The notes beneath the pieces are model-generated. The model was not told where the DNA came from. It saw nothing but the letters and a program-made list of their open reading frames with translations, and did no database searches. Made by a program: the position numbers and the translations under genes. Positions 1 to 45,240 of a stretch of 64,000 bases of DNA are shown here, piece by piece; position 1 is the stretch's first letter; every line of letters starts with the position of its first letter. Source of the stretch: Setoptus koraiensis (taxonomy: Eukaryota; Animalia; Arthropoda); contig CM106585.1 of assembly GCA_048013815.1 (NCBI GenBank), forward strand, positions 11,594,001-11,658,000. Direction: 5' to 3'.

Positions 1-62
1 TGTGTTGTGACGCAAATCAATTGATGATGTAGGTGCGCTGTTGGCGCCCTTACCACGGCTGC

Positions 63-122
63 GCGATTCCCCCATCTATCGAGCGATTCCCCCGTCCATC
101 AAGCGACTCCCCCGTGTATGAA
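63..122. repeat. Three 20-bp tandem units with core GCGA(T/C)TCCCCC
   Basis: Cores start at 63, 83 and 103. Confidence 0.8.
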
Positions 123-1870
123 GCGAACGGCAACTCTCACCAAGGCTGCTTTGGTCCCCCCCTTCTTGGCCCCGTCTTTTCCCCCGTCTGGCAGCGTCTG
201 CTAGCGTTCGTTAGTGGTTTGGTGTGCGCGACAATGCAGCGCGCTGAGCGGCGTGTCGCGAATTTAGATAGCAGCTAGAGCGAGATCATTCGATAACGAT
301 CGTTCAATTAGTTCGCTACTACTCGAGCCAGTGCGCCAACAGATCGCAATTGATGCCAAACAAGATGCGCGTGCAAATATTCTATCATCGTTGTTACATT
401 GTCGCACACAATTCAATCAATTGTTGTTGTTGCTGCTACTGCCATTACACCAATTGCATCACATTAATTTAAATTAATTAATTAACAATTCAACAGCACA
501 CACACACACACACCAACAAGCAGTCAGCAATTTATGCAAATTACGCCTGTTGTCAGGATCATCAAGTTGCCGGCGGCGCCAAGATGCGGATAAAATAAAG
601 GAATTTATTAGTGATGATTACAATATGATCGCAGCACAAATTGGACCGACCCACTGCTATGCACCGCAACACGCCTGTTCAATTGTTCACTTTTAGGCCG
701 GCGCAACAACCACTACCGACACACAACAATCACCACAAAAACTCAACAATCATCTCAAAAACACAATAATCACCACCAACACACAACAGTCATTGGCAGC
801 AGCCACTGTGCGACCGATGCCGGCGTCGCGCAACAACCAGATAAACTAATTCATACCGTACACTCGCCAGCATCAAACGATCGAGTAAGCAGACGCCGGA
901 ATCCATTACAGAGGAACGAATCAATCAAGACAGTTAATTGTATTCATACATCACACTCGCTGATTGTCTATGTGTGTGGGTCACACAACAGCTAACGCAC
1001 GACCAAATCGATGATTATCCTATCGGGCCCCGCGCGCATCATGTCATCTAGATCCAATTATCAAGCCCAATCATCACTCGTTACGCGGACGACATCACAC
1101 ACAAACGCAAACACACAGCTGTCATTGCCGCCAGTGCTATTTGCCGAATGTTAACAAGCTAATAACATAACGACGACGACATAATGAACAACGACATCGA
1201 CATTAATTCAATCTTTGCACTATCCTACATAAACTACTCAACTTGACGAAAAACTCTACCACTCACCTGTGCTAGCGCCTTTTTGCAACAACCAACTATT
1301 ATAAGTAACACACACACAAACAATAGTAGTAATAGTAACAGCAGCAGCAGCAGCAGCAGTAATCCCTCACTAACACAAATGTCTAATAAACAAACATACA
1401 CACACATCAGCCATGGTGAATAGTAATTGATTGCAACAATAGAATAATCTCCCCCTCTTACATACATATTTAGTATATGTATTCATTGTTTACAACACTT
1501 CCAAAAGAATCACATTTTGCGCGATCGCTGCGCTCGCAAACAGCCTACAACAGCAACAAATTCAGTTAGTTCATCATTACTAGTTAGTCAGCGAATAATA
1601 ATATTAGTAATAGTAGTAATAATAATAATATAACGCAATACTGGCAAAAGTAACTTCAATATATATTGGTGCTGGTGATACAGCAGAGCAAACAACCAAA
1701 AAAATCCGCGCGCGCGCAATTTGTCACGAGAATCAATCTTCCCTTAGAATCAATTTACGGCAATTTACAATTATTTATGTTATATCAAGATAAGTTCACC
1801 ATAACTATAGCATATCATCACTGCTACAACTGACATTGGTCATTTATTTCAAGCGAACAAAAAGACAGCC

Positions 1871-35087
<33,217 letters not shown>

Positions 35088-35796
35088 TAAGACGTATATT
35101 CTATTTTTTCCAGCTCAATAATAGCTGGTCTTTATCCTTCTCCACTGATGGGCACCCAACCAACGTGATCACTCATTGAACAGACCAAAAGCCCGTCAGT
35201 GGTCGCGCTTATACGTACATTGTTGTCGTATTATTGTAGAGCCAGGCAATCTGATCCTCAATCTAACCTGGCCACACTAGCCCGGCCAGGCCAACGGATA
35301 CAATCCTGCCCACCACTCACAATGGCCAGTGTAAACACAGGCCAAACACTGGTGATTCAATTGGCCTAGGTCCACTTGGTGCTATATCCTCAAAACAACA
35401 ATGGTACAGGCATCAATGTGTTACAATAATTATCTTCGATACGTTGTTATCTGGCCAAAACTCTAATTGAGCATGATTGGAGCCATGAATCAAGGTCAAC
35501 AAGATGCACAATAATTATTGTGTTGCAGGCTATTATACAGATAACTCATCATGGCCTATTGGTAGAAATGTGGTAATGACCATCTACGGTTGTGATATCT
35601 TAGAAACGCGACAACGAGATCATGAATTCCACTTTGAGTCATCAGTTTTGTTGGTCTTCATTCGTTCAACATTTTTGCTGGGGGCTTTATTTAGTGGGCA
35701 TCCTTTAAAAGATCTTCGTTGTTATGTCAATGTTAACAAGTTATGCTAATCATATATGTGTATATATGTGTGCATTCATTTAGTCAATTTATTTAA

Positions 35797-37154
35797 TTAA
35801 ACTTCAAGATCATCTAAAGCTCCTTGGAGAGCTTCAATATCATCTTCATTTAGGTCCGCGTCGTCTAGGTCATTTTCATTACTACTCCTACTTGTTTCAT
35901 TATTATCACTAGGTTGAGGAGATTTTTTTGTTTGATCGTCATTATCTTTAATGGGCGATCCTTTAGAAGACGACGGTTCTTCATCATTCGATCCACTAGC
36001 ATTATTCTCAACTAAGAATGTCCTAGACGAGGCTTGTGTTCCGCCAGCCGTGACCTCTTGGGCCAATAGTGCTAATTCATCAAATTTTATCTCCCTAATA
36101 AGCGCCGCACCATCATCTTCATCTGCATCACGCTGACCAAAATCGAAAGTTGCTTCACCTGCCTCCATTTCATTGTCATCCGCTAAATCTGGATTAAATG
36201 TAAACATGTCCCGACCGCTCAAACCAACATGACGGCCCGCTTTGTATTCTGTCCTCTTTCTAGCTTCCTCTTTGGCCAATGTCGCCCGACGTTCCTCAAT
36301 CTTCCTCTTTTTCCATTGTAAAAATGACTCCAATGTTAACTTGGGTAAATCACTGGACAACTTACTACGTTCTACCTCTACTAGCTCCTCCATGGATATT
36401 TCTGGCTTGGCATCTGCCTTCTTCTTATCTTTCTTCAAGATGAAACCTGGCGGTAAGGCGTGACGATAATGGCACTTGTTACCCCCGCCTGGACATTCCC
36501 AGAACCACCCGTACTTGCTATTCTCCAATGCATCTATGAAGTACTTGCATATGATATCTGTTTGTGGTTTTGTCTTATTGGAGGCACCGTGCTTCTTTTC
36601 TACCGCGTCTCGGAGCGTTTCATCGTCCCAGTTTTCCATACCGCCATCCTTTTCTTCGTCTCGCATGTCCACATAGACACTCTTCTTTTGAGCACGTTTC
36701 TCAACCATAACATCGTGAGAGAATTTGCATTTATCACCTTTAGTACATTGGCCTTGTTTGAAGAAGGCGCACAGAACTGATTTTGGATCGACACCACGTT
36801 CGACTTTTTGCGTTGCTACAGGCCTGAATATGGCATTCAATTCTTCTAGTTCCTTCTTCTTTTCTTCCTTTTTAGCACCCTTTGGCTCAACCTGACACAG
36901 TTTATGAATATTAATAAGAATTAGTGCGTGTGACAATTTACTCGCATAGACAAGAGAATTGAGTCTATGTGATGATAGAGAGTACTTACTTTTGGCAGAT
37001 TGCCTTTGACCTGCTTCTGGACCTGCTGTATAAATTTCTGTGTTTTGGCCCCTTTCTTGTTCTTCAATCCAAACGTTTTATCCTCTATAACTTTGTCCTT
37101 CTTCTTCTCTACCGTCTTTTTGCTTTCTTTGTTCCCTGCCTTCTTAGGTGGCAT
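35797..37154 (-). CDS. ZC3H15: Zinc finger CCCH domain-containing protein 15 (DFRP1/Tma46); complement(join(36990..37154,35797..36891)), about 419 aa
   Basis: MPPKK...[30 protein letters not shown]-terminus, two CCCH fingers ([19 protein letters not shown]; CKYFIDALE...[16 protein letters not shown]) and the DFRP region [12 protein letters not shown]...GLSGRDMF. A 98-nt GTAAGT...CAG intron joins the two track ORFs in frame. Confidence 0.95.
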
Positions 37155-39122
37155 TGTGGCATACAAACTTGGCTATATCCACTCAATGCTGCACTGCTAT
37201 GAATTGGGTCCGAATTAAATGATATGGCCAGAGCTGGAAGAACGTTACTCAAGCAACACTGTCCACCTTGTAATAGTTTAGGTGAAATGAATGTAACGAT
37301 AGACAATAAAGTTGCTTGGATGATAATGTTGAACAACCGGCTATAAATATACAGGTATTATGGTGTGAACCTCGTGTTTTTTCTTTTCATCCGCATGAAA
37401 ACCACACAGTATGACTGTTAGAATGGCGACACTCCGGCGTGACTTGTTTGCTTGATAGCGAGTGGAGCAGTCTTGTCTGCTGCTAGCCCAAATCCCGACT
37501 GAGATCAGCTGAGCTACTTTACACTGCAGTGCACACATACTGACTGGTAGACACAAGCGAGTCCCAGTTCGTTATACAAAAAAGATTCACTGTTAGCTGT
37601 TTATAACGATTAGTGCTTCACAGTAACTTTCAATAATTTAGTTGATATCTCTCCCGCTTGGCCACCGGCAGGGTCAAAAGCGCCTTGGTCAACAATGTTG
37701 AAATCATGACCAGGTAAAATATATACATTCGTATCAAAAGAATAAGCTGGTCGATACATTGTTGTGTCATGCAATAGCATGGATAGACATTGTTGTTGAT
37801 TCTGAAGAGAGAAAAGAACTGCAGCAAAATCATACTGACAAGACAGAGAGTTCATCGTTGAATCATTTCTTTGCAACCATCACGCAGATCAAACAACAAC
37901 AACAACAATCCAGTCTTGGCCACCACAAATATTATTGAGTGGCGTAACTGTCCATCTGGCGCTGCTACGAATACAATAATCATCTCGACTACTGCGACGT
38001 TTTGTTCTCCTATTCAGACAAGACATGCGATGTGTGCCGTACAATATTGGAGAGAATAAATTAGGATAAAGAAGCAAACATAGCCAGCCTCTCGTGACAT
38101 CCGAGACCTTGAACCCTTTTCTTGACAGATATCACATCACAAGCATTTATTTGCAACATCCCAAGTTTACAATACAAAGGAACACCAAACCAACTGTCTA
38201 GTGGCGCGCTGACAACCATCACCATTCGACTTTGTCACTGCAGACAGCAAAAAAGTCTATTGTTATCATAGTATTTGCATATCGTTACTATCATACTATT
38301 AATACATGAAAATTGGATTTATTCATTACAACAATCGGAGAAAAACAAATCATGTTGTAGTTCGCGATGATCTATCAGCGGTAAATCTTTGCTTCATACT
38401 CTAAATTGATTACCAGTCAGCGCGTTTAGTTCCCATTACTCATCGTACACATCATGTACAACACACAACATCACTCTGTTTTTGTTCATCGTCAACGATA
38501 AATGCCAATGCTATACCAAACATTATTAGACTGGAAACATTAAATAGTTATTTCGCAAACTAATCCACACTTGCTAGCATAGTTCAAATATTATTATATA
38601 GGTAGGTCACAGCTTCACCTGCTATTACATTCGGATTAATAAGCGCAGCACATCAGATATACAAACGTACATACATGGACTTGATGGTTCAATTTTATGG
38701 CAAACTGCTTCTAAATTAATTATATCATGCTAGCTCGAAACACAAGCCTATCATGTTTGATTCCGACTCATTAATAGATATCAGCCCGATTTTGTACTAC
38801 TCAATTCTCATACCTGTGTCACTTATAGTAGTCTTATTTTTTCGATTCTGGTCCTGGTTTGGATTCGAGTTGTACATAAATAACTGACTGACATTTATTA
38901 TATTGCCCACAAATGCACAGCCAAAGTAGTCTAAATCTACTTAATCACTTCTAATACAGTCGACAACGCATCTGAATATATACGAAGAAGTAGCCTCTGA
39001 ACCGAGTCATGTCATTTAATTGTACAAAATCAAGCCCTCTCGAAACAATTATCTTGATGACACATGCTCATGGTGTTTAAACAGGACATTCAATTAAATT
39101 CAGCTCTACAATCTCATTGCAA

Positions 39123-40301
39123 ATGTTTCTAAGATTTTCCTCTAGGCGCCTAGCCTTATTTGGCTTAGGAATCCTATGTACTACCACTATTATTATGATT
39201 TTATTTTATGGCGGTCCAGAATCTTTCCTCAACAAAAGGCCACAACCCGAATGGCTTTCCCCCAAAAAATACGTAACCGAACCTGATGGCTCTGGCGAAG
39301 GTAAAAAGTATCCATATAGTAAAGATATGCCACTAATCTTTGTTGGAGGTATGCCACGAAGTGGAACAACTCTTCTTAGAGTCATGCTAGATTCTCATCC
39401 AGATATAAGATGTGGCGAAGAGACAAGAGTGATACCAAGACTATTAAATCTGAGGAATGGCTGGGTCAAAGCACCCATCGAATCTAAGAGGCTACAAGAG
39501 GCAGGTATCTCACAAGAAGTATTGGATGCCGCAGTTAGTGCATTCATTTTAGAGATTATAGTCAGGCATGGAAAACCAGCCAATCGATTATGCAACAAGG
39601 ATCCATTCACTCTCAAAGCTGCCGTTTATCTACATGGTTTATATCCAAATTCAAAATTTTTATTTCTAATTCGTGATGGAAGAGCTGTAGCCCATTCTAT
39701 TGTATCGCGAGGCGTTACAATATCAGGTTTCAACCATCAGGACTATCGCGAATGCCTGATGAAATGGAACTCAGCAATTAAGGTTATGCACGAGGAATGT
39801 CAAAAATTAACCGAGTCCGTGTGCCTTCCAGTCCATTATGAGCAACTCGTTCTCCATCCGGAGACTATGATGAAAAGGATTCTCAATTTCTTGGATTTAC
39901 CCTGGAACGAAACAACGTTGCACCATGAAACACTAGTTAATGAACCGAACGGTATTCGTCTATCGAAATTAGAACGATCTACTGATCAAGTTATCAAACC
40001 TATCAATACCGAAGCCCTCAGCAAATGGGTTGGTGCTATGCCTAAAGATGTGGTCCGAGATATGAGCATAATTGCGCCGATGTTATCTGTTCTAGGCTAC
40101 GATCCATACGCTAACCCACCAAATTATGGCGATCCCGATGCATTTGTAAAGCAGAAGATGAAAGAAATAGAAAGTAACAAACTTGATTGGTCTATTAAAG
40201 AACAGCAATTAATTAACGAACGTGAAAATCTAAGGAACCAGTTATCGCTGAAAAGTGGACAACCCCAATTACCAGAATCTTCCACAAATACAACAACATG
40301 A
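39123..40301 (+). CDS. TPST: Protein-tyrosine sulfotransferase (type II Golgi membrane), intronless CDS
   Basis: N-terminal signal anchor [19 protein letters not shown], 5'-PSB motif [39 protein letters not shown] and 3'-PB motif RDGRAVAHS. The first ATG is at 39123; the track ORF starts at an upstream TTG. Confidence 0.95.
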   Translation: MFLRFSSRRLALFGLGILCTTTIIMILFYGGPESFLNKRPQPEWLSPKKYVTEPDGSGEGKKYPYSKDMPLIFVGGMPRSGTTLLRVMLDSHPDIRCGEETRVIPRLLNLRNGWVKAPIESKRLQEAGISQEVLDAAVSAFILEIIVRHGKPANRLCNKDPFTLKAAVYLHGLYPNSKFLFLIRDGRAVAHSIVSRGVTISGFNHQDYRECLMKWNSAIKVMHEECQKLTESVCLPVHYEQLVLHPETMMKRILNFLDLPWNETTLHHETLVNEPNGIRLSKLERSTDQVIKPINTEALSKWVGAMPKDVVRDMSIIAPMLSVLGYDPYANPPNYGDPDAFVKQKMKEIESNKLDWSIKEQQLINERENLRNQLSLKSGQPQLPESSTNTTT

Positions 40302-40475
40302 TACAAAACACATTAGCCTCATACCTCTTTTTGTTTGACTAGTGATCTTCAATAAGAACGATTATAACAATTTCAAGTGTCTCTTATTTAGAATATGTAC
40401 CATAAATTAGGCAGACTACATACTAAGGTAGTATTTAATTGATAAATCTTTCTACATCCGAATCTAGACTCCTGA

Positions 40476-40940
40476 TCACCTTTTCTTCGAACCTTTCTTC
40501 TTCGAATTTCGTTTCAGCTCTCGTCGCCTTTCAATGTTCCTCTGTTTTTTCTTTTTCATCATTTCTTGTACCTGTTCGTGCTTTTTTGTGCGTTCATTCC
40601 ATTTCTTTTTGTGCATTTTCTTGATAGACTCTTTCTTCTTGATAGATTTTTTTATTAAAACTGGATCGTCTTTTATCTTGTCACCTTTAGCCTTGAGCAT
40701 TGCAGCTTTCCAAGTTGTATCATCCTTTATTTTTCTTGCTTTCTCCTCCGGTAGTTTCTTGAGTTTTTCTTGGAATCTAAGAGCTTGGGTAAGTTTCGTT
40801 TTCAAACTATTCTTCTTGAACTTCGCCTGCAGCGGATCGATAAATTTGGGATCATCGGGAATTGAATCAATTTGGTTAAAGATAATCTTCTCTTTCTCCG
40901 AAAATGGAGCCAACACTACATTAGCGTCTTTGATCTTCAT
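40476..40940 (-). CDS. SURF6: SURF6/Rrp14-family nucleolar protein, short form (154 aa) with the C-terminal SURF6 domain
   Basis: Lys-rich, with the SURF6-domain signature W-KAAMLKAKGDKIKDDPVLIKKSIKKKE...KKWNER...KKQRNI. Much shorter than typical family members. Confidence 0.8.
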   Translation of the reverse strand: MKIKDANVVLAPFSEKEKIIFNQIDSIPDDPKFIDPLQAKFKKNSLKTKLTQALRFQEKLKKLPEEKARKIKDDTTWKAAMLKAKGDKIKDDPVLIKKSIKKKESIKKMHKKKWNERTKKHEQVQEMMKKKKQRNIERRRELKRNSKKKGSKKR

Positions 40941-41188
40941 TTTAACAATAGTAGATTGTCTCGTAGAATAATTTTATAGTTAATCCGAAGAACTATAATA
41001 TCTTTTGTAACGCATCGGCGGCCGCATGGACACGTTTTTAATCAGCACGCCTGCTGCGATCATGTGTTTGTGTTGTGTGCGGTTTGCACGAATATCTCAC
41101 ACGTTTTCGAAGATGAATTCATTGGAATCAATACGCGATTCCCAAATTATAAAATCTAATTAAATCAGTGTCATAGGCTAATCAGATG
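40938..41188. promoter_or_regulatory. Bidirectional promoter/5' UTR between SURF6 (-) and DNAJA3 (+); copy A
   Basis: About 245-bp head-to-head spacer. Shares colinear motifs with 47467..47751. Confidence 0.7.
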
Positions 41189-42580
41189 TCTACATTTTTT
41201 CTGAAACACATCGGGAGATGCTCCTCGGCGGTAGGAGACAAGCAGCTTAGATTTACACAATTATTCAATCCCAAATTAACACTACCCAAACAAACGTGGG
41301 CAGAGGAACAAAGCTTCGGAATAAACCAAAAGACAAATATTACGGGACTACGTTCAAGTGTTTTTGGTGCCTACCAAAGACCATCGACATTGTGTTCCAA
41401 TTTTTCATGTACTCACACCAAAAGGTTTTTACATACCACTAGGATATTGAACAAAAGAGACTATTATGATGTATTGGGGGTGGCCAAAAATTCCACTCAG
41501 AAAGACATCAAAAAAGCATATTATGTTTTAGCCAAAAAATATCATCCAGACACAAACAAGGATGACCCACAGGCAGCCAAGAAATTCCAAGAGATTTCTG
41601 AAGCTTATGAAATATTAAGCGACGAGACTAAAAGAAAAAATTACGATTTCACAGGCGCCGCTAATTCTAATCCCAATGCAGGCTTCTCGCGGCATGGGTC
41701 TGCGGGCAATACTTATAGACAGGATGGTTTTGGTTCTTTCACAGACCCAGAAGAGTTGTTTAGAAGAATCTTTCGCGACTTTGAGCAACAATACGGCACG
41801 CCATTTGATAAGGGCGGCAATACCGGCAACGAATACGACGAGTCAAACTGGGGTATGGGTCAGTCACAAGAGATTAGCATGAGCGTGACGTTCAAAGAAG
41901 CTGCCATAGGCTGTAACAAGGAGATTGACATTAATATCGGTGACGTCTGTCCTGTCTGCTCTGGCAGCCGATGTAAACCTGGTTATAAGCCTATCAAGTG
42001 TCCATACTGTCAAGGAACTGGCATAGAGACTATATCGAATGGTCCCTTCATGATGCGATCAACTTGTAGAGTATGTAAAGGTTCGAGAATGTACATAAGA
42101 GATCCTTGTATGGAGTGTAGCGGAAAAGGCCAGACCATACAACGTAGAAGAGTGATAGTTCCTGTGCCAGCGGGAGTAGATGATGGCGAAACAATTAAAA
42201 TGCGGATAGTCAATGATAAAGAAATATTTGTTACATTTAGGGTTGCTAAGAGCTCATATTTTCGACGTGATGACAACGATGTGCACACCGAGGCTGCAAT
42301 TAGTGTTAGTCAAGCTATTCTAGGTGGATCAATCAGAATTGAAGGTTTGTACGAAGATATAACATTGAATATAGAACCAGGCACATCGTCTCATGTAAGA
42401 ATGAGATTACCATCCAAGGGTATTAAACGAATGGATAGTTTTGGCCGTGGTGACCACTATGTTCACATAAAGATTCAAGTGCCAGAAAGACCTACTGCTC
42501 GCCAAAAAGAGTTGATTAAGGAGTTCGCTCAGGCAACCGATACCGAGTCGAAGTTCGGTAAGGTTGATGGTGTGTCCTGA
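41186..42580 (+). CDS. DNAJA3: Mitochondrial DnaJ homolog Tid1 (type I J-protein), intronless, 464 aa to the first stop; possible extension to 42823
   Basis: J-domain DYYDVLGV...YHPDTNK...[16 protein letters not shown]-rich linker, four CxxCxGx(G/R) zinc repeats and the C-terminal peptide-binding domain ([22 protein letters not shown]). The Tid1-type FLHTT motif precedes the J-domain. Confidence 0.93.
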   Translation: MSTFFLKHIGRCSSAVGDKQLRFTQLFNPKLTLPKQTWAEEQSFGINQKTNITGLRSSVFGAYQRPSTLCSNFSCTHTKRFLHTTRILNKRDYYDVLGVAKNSTQKDIKKAYYVLAKKYHPDTNKDDPQAAKKFQEISEAYEILSDETKRKNYDFTGAANSNPNAGFSRHGSAGNTYRQDGFGSFTDPEELFRRIFRDFEQQYGTPFDKGGNTGNEYDESNWGMGQSQEISMSVTFKEAAIGCNKEIDINIGDVCPVCSGSRCKPGYKPIKCPYCQGTGIETISNGPFMMRSTCRVCKGSRMYIRDPCMECSGKGQTIQRRRVIVPVPAGVDDGETIKMRIVNDKEIFVTFRVAKSSYFRRDDNDVHTEAAISVSQAILGGSIRIEGLYEDITLNIEPGTSSHVRMRLPSKGIKRMDSFGRGDHYVHIKIQVPERPTARQKELIKEFAQATDTESKFGKVDGVS

Positions 42581-43805
42581 CGGGAAAGAGTTCAACGTAG
42601 CCAAGATGATGATCCTGAGGTTGGCGAGGAAAAGGATCTTTTACCGCCAAGATGGTTGTTTTTTCTAGCTGCTGCAATTGGCTGTGGTGTCATCTACTAT
42701 GTTGGACTGAAACTAAATTCTACAAATGTTTACACTTATGAATATTATAATGAGATCAAACCTAAATATGAGATCCCGGAAACGCATTATTCATTGCCGG
42801 TAGATAAAGAAAAGAAAGAATAGAACTTGAAATGAGGCTTCACTCAATAAATTAATCTCAACCTTTCAGTTGAGAACTTGAATGGTTGGCTAGTAAAGCA
42901 AGTTGTGTAATTAATAGATTAGTGAAGTAAGTGTCACAACATTTGCATGGGGTTTTGTCCCTAGAGCACCTTACGAGCTCATAGTTAAAGATTCATGGAG
43001 AATGGTGAATGTAAATCTCTTTCTAGTCACTTCTGATAAGTCAAGGTTGTTTAAGTTATAAAGAAAATTTAGTGTGATGAGTCACGGTTAAAGATTTGTA
43101 TGAATCAAGGTTAAGCACAATGCGGCAGCCCTAGGGACGTTCCCGGGTAACTAGCGACTGTTTTAACGACTCTCTCTATCTCTCTCCCTTTCGCATCATG
43201 TGATGATGTGATTTTCAATGCCAACGCTCTCGAGCGCTTGGAGTTGTCGTGTGTATGCAAAGGCATAAACATGGATGATCTATCGTCTATGTACGTAGTA
43301 TATGTAAATTTCTCGTGAAAGAATGCTCTTGAACGCTCGATTATTTTATCGTGATTCTAATCAGCAAAATTGAATTGGGAGTTTACGTGTGAGTGTTAAC
43401 ATTGAAAACAATTTCATTGCCAACAAAAATAAGTTTAGAGCGCAATCTCAACTCCCTTAGCAGCACCCTCCCCGGATCCTTTGTGATGTTACTACTGTTG
43501 GTTATGACGGCCTCGCAGTCACGCAAGAGGAAAGAGGAACCTAGCCAGATTCAAGTAGATAGATTCTGTCTAAACAACTAACACAAAGGATAAAATGTTT
43601 AACCTGAGTGCGCCTGTCACTAGCCACCTAGCTTGCGATAGCACATAGCGACTCTCTAGTTGCATAGCGATACTAAGCTAGTGGCGTCTATGTGAGCGCG
43701 CCTAGATCGAGTTGCGCGTGTGCCTCAATTGTTCGCTATTGAGGTCAACATCGCAGCATTGAGCGTGCCTCATGAAGACATTCGAATTTTTCCCCCATTA
43801 ATTGT

Positions 43806-43900
43806 GGTGCGCGTACACTCGCAGTGGTTAGACTGTGGATCTGTATTCGTTGTGGTGCATGCAGCGCACCGGCCCTGGTAGTTCGATTCTGCTGCGACCC
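43806..43900 (+). ncRNA. Degenerate tRNA-like element (pseudo-tRNA or Pol III/SINE-like)
   Basis: A-box-like CAGTGGTTAG (43822), B-box GTTCGATTC inside a T-arm-like hairpin GGTAG-TTCGATT-CTGCT, and two further hairpins. Arm spacing is non-canonical. Confidence 0.3.
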
Positions 43901-44197
43901 CCCTGGCCCGTGCAATTTTGTTCGAAAATCGAACTCGAGCTAGCAAATGAGGTGGTAGCTAGCGAATTTTCGTGTCGTATATAAGAGCTAGCGCAAAGCG
44001 ACACAACGCCATGGACTGGATGTCCGAACGACCGTTGTTGTTAACTCGTTATGATTATTCGTTATTAAATCGTTAATTAATATTATTATGATTATTATTA
44101 TTATTAGTGCTATTAAGTTTGTTACAATTATTGTTGACATTGTTATTGTTGATTATTATTTCAGAAGCTGCAAAGTTTTTTTCTTTCATTCACGCCA

Positions 44198-45100
44198 ATG
44201 TCAGAAATGGCGCGACCTAGAAATTTTAAGGGATCAGACGGACGGTATTCAAGCAAGAGCAAGTACAGCAAATCGGGCAGAAACAACGACGGCTCAGATA
44301 GGCACCATAATCACGATAGGCACCATGGATCGTCTAGCCACGACGACCACAGAGAGAATCGCGATTTTCGCGATCTCAAACCATTACTAGTGGTGGACCC
44401 TGGACCTAGTGGCCTTCTTAATTCGGATCCCACTACTTATCGTTACAGATACAGCAGCAGTAGCAGGGTGAATGCAAACAATTATTACCGACACAACAGA
44501 TTCCGAATGCTTAATGGTAGCCCATTAGGCAGATTGCGCTCCATGGACAGCACAGATTCAGGCGATGGTATTGTGGCGGGAACAAGCATCGGTACGTCTC
44601 CAATCACAGAACTTCCAACAACACCAACAGCAAGTTGCCCGACAACAACACCAACTGCATCGGCACCAACAACAGAACCTTCGGCACCGCCAATAGAATT
44701 GGCCTCGCCCACACATTCTGTAGATTCGACATCGACAAAAGTTATCTCACCCAGCGATACCATTGACCTACCGCCAACTTATGATGATGTAATGAGCGGC
44801 GCCCATCTACGCTCCACCACCACCACCACTACCACCACCAGACAATTACCATCCGCTCCCAAAAATCATTCTAACTCAACGCCGGACATCTCATCAGACC
44901 TACGCGATGGCGGTCACCATAGTGGCTCGTTGAACGAACGAGTATCGGAAGAGGACGAGGCTGATAATGAGGCCGACGGAGATAACTCTAATGATCCTAG
45001 AAGAAGAAGAAAAAAGAATAAATGCAAGAGAACGGCAGCATCGAAAATAAAGAAAGGCCTAGCGAATATTGCTTTCTTCTTGATACAAATCTTAGATTAG
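44198..45100 (+). CDS. Uncharacterised 300-aa low-complexity protein with a PPxY motif and a hydrophobic/basic C-terminal helix
   Basis: Long ATG-initiated ORF in a gene-dense region, His/Ser/Thr/Pro-rich, containing LPPTYDDVM and ending RRRRKKNKCKR...KIKKGLANIAFFLIQILD. Family not recognised. Confidence 0.65.
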   Translation: MSEMARPRNFKGSDGRYSSKSKYSKSGRNNDGSDRHHNHDRHHGSSSHDDHRENRDFRDLKPLLVVDPGPSGLLNSDPTTYRYRYSSSSRVNANNYYRHNRFRMLNGSPLGRLRSMDSTDSGDGIVAGTSIGTSPITELPTTPTASCPTTTPTASAPTTEPSAPPIELASPTHSVDSTSTKVISPSDTIDLPPTYDDVMSGAHLRSTTTTTTTTRQLPSAPKNHSNSTPDISSDLRDGGHHSGSLNERVSEEDEADNEADGDNSNDPRRRRKKNKCKRTAASKIKKGLANIAFFLIQILD

Positions 45101-45240
45101 TCATCACCATAATCATCATTGTTTGTTATCATTAAATAATTATTATTAAATGTATATGTAATGTAACCATTCTGGAAATTTGACATGCAATCCAAACAAT
45201 TTATATTAAATCATACACCTAAACATATAAGCATCAAAAA

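Noticed and set aside
37610-38077. Short ORFs between ZC3H15 and TPST
   Set aside because: No domain or convincing splice structure; more simply UTR/promoter sequence of the divergent gene pair.
42578-42580. Selenocysteine decoding of the Tid1 TGA
   Set aside because: The codon is not in a redox motif, Tid1 is not a known selenoprotein, and no SECIS-like hairpin was recognised downstream.
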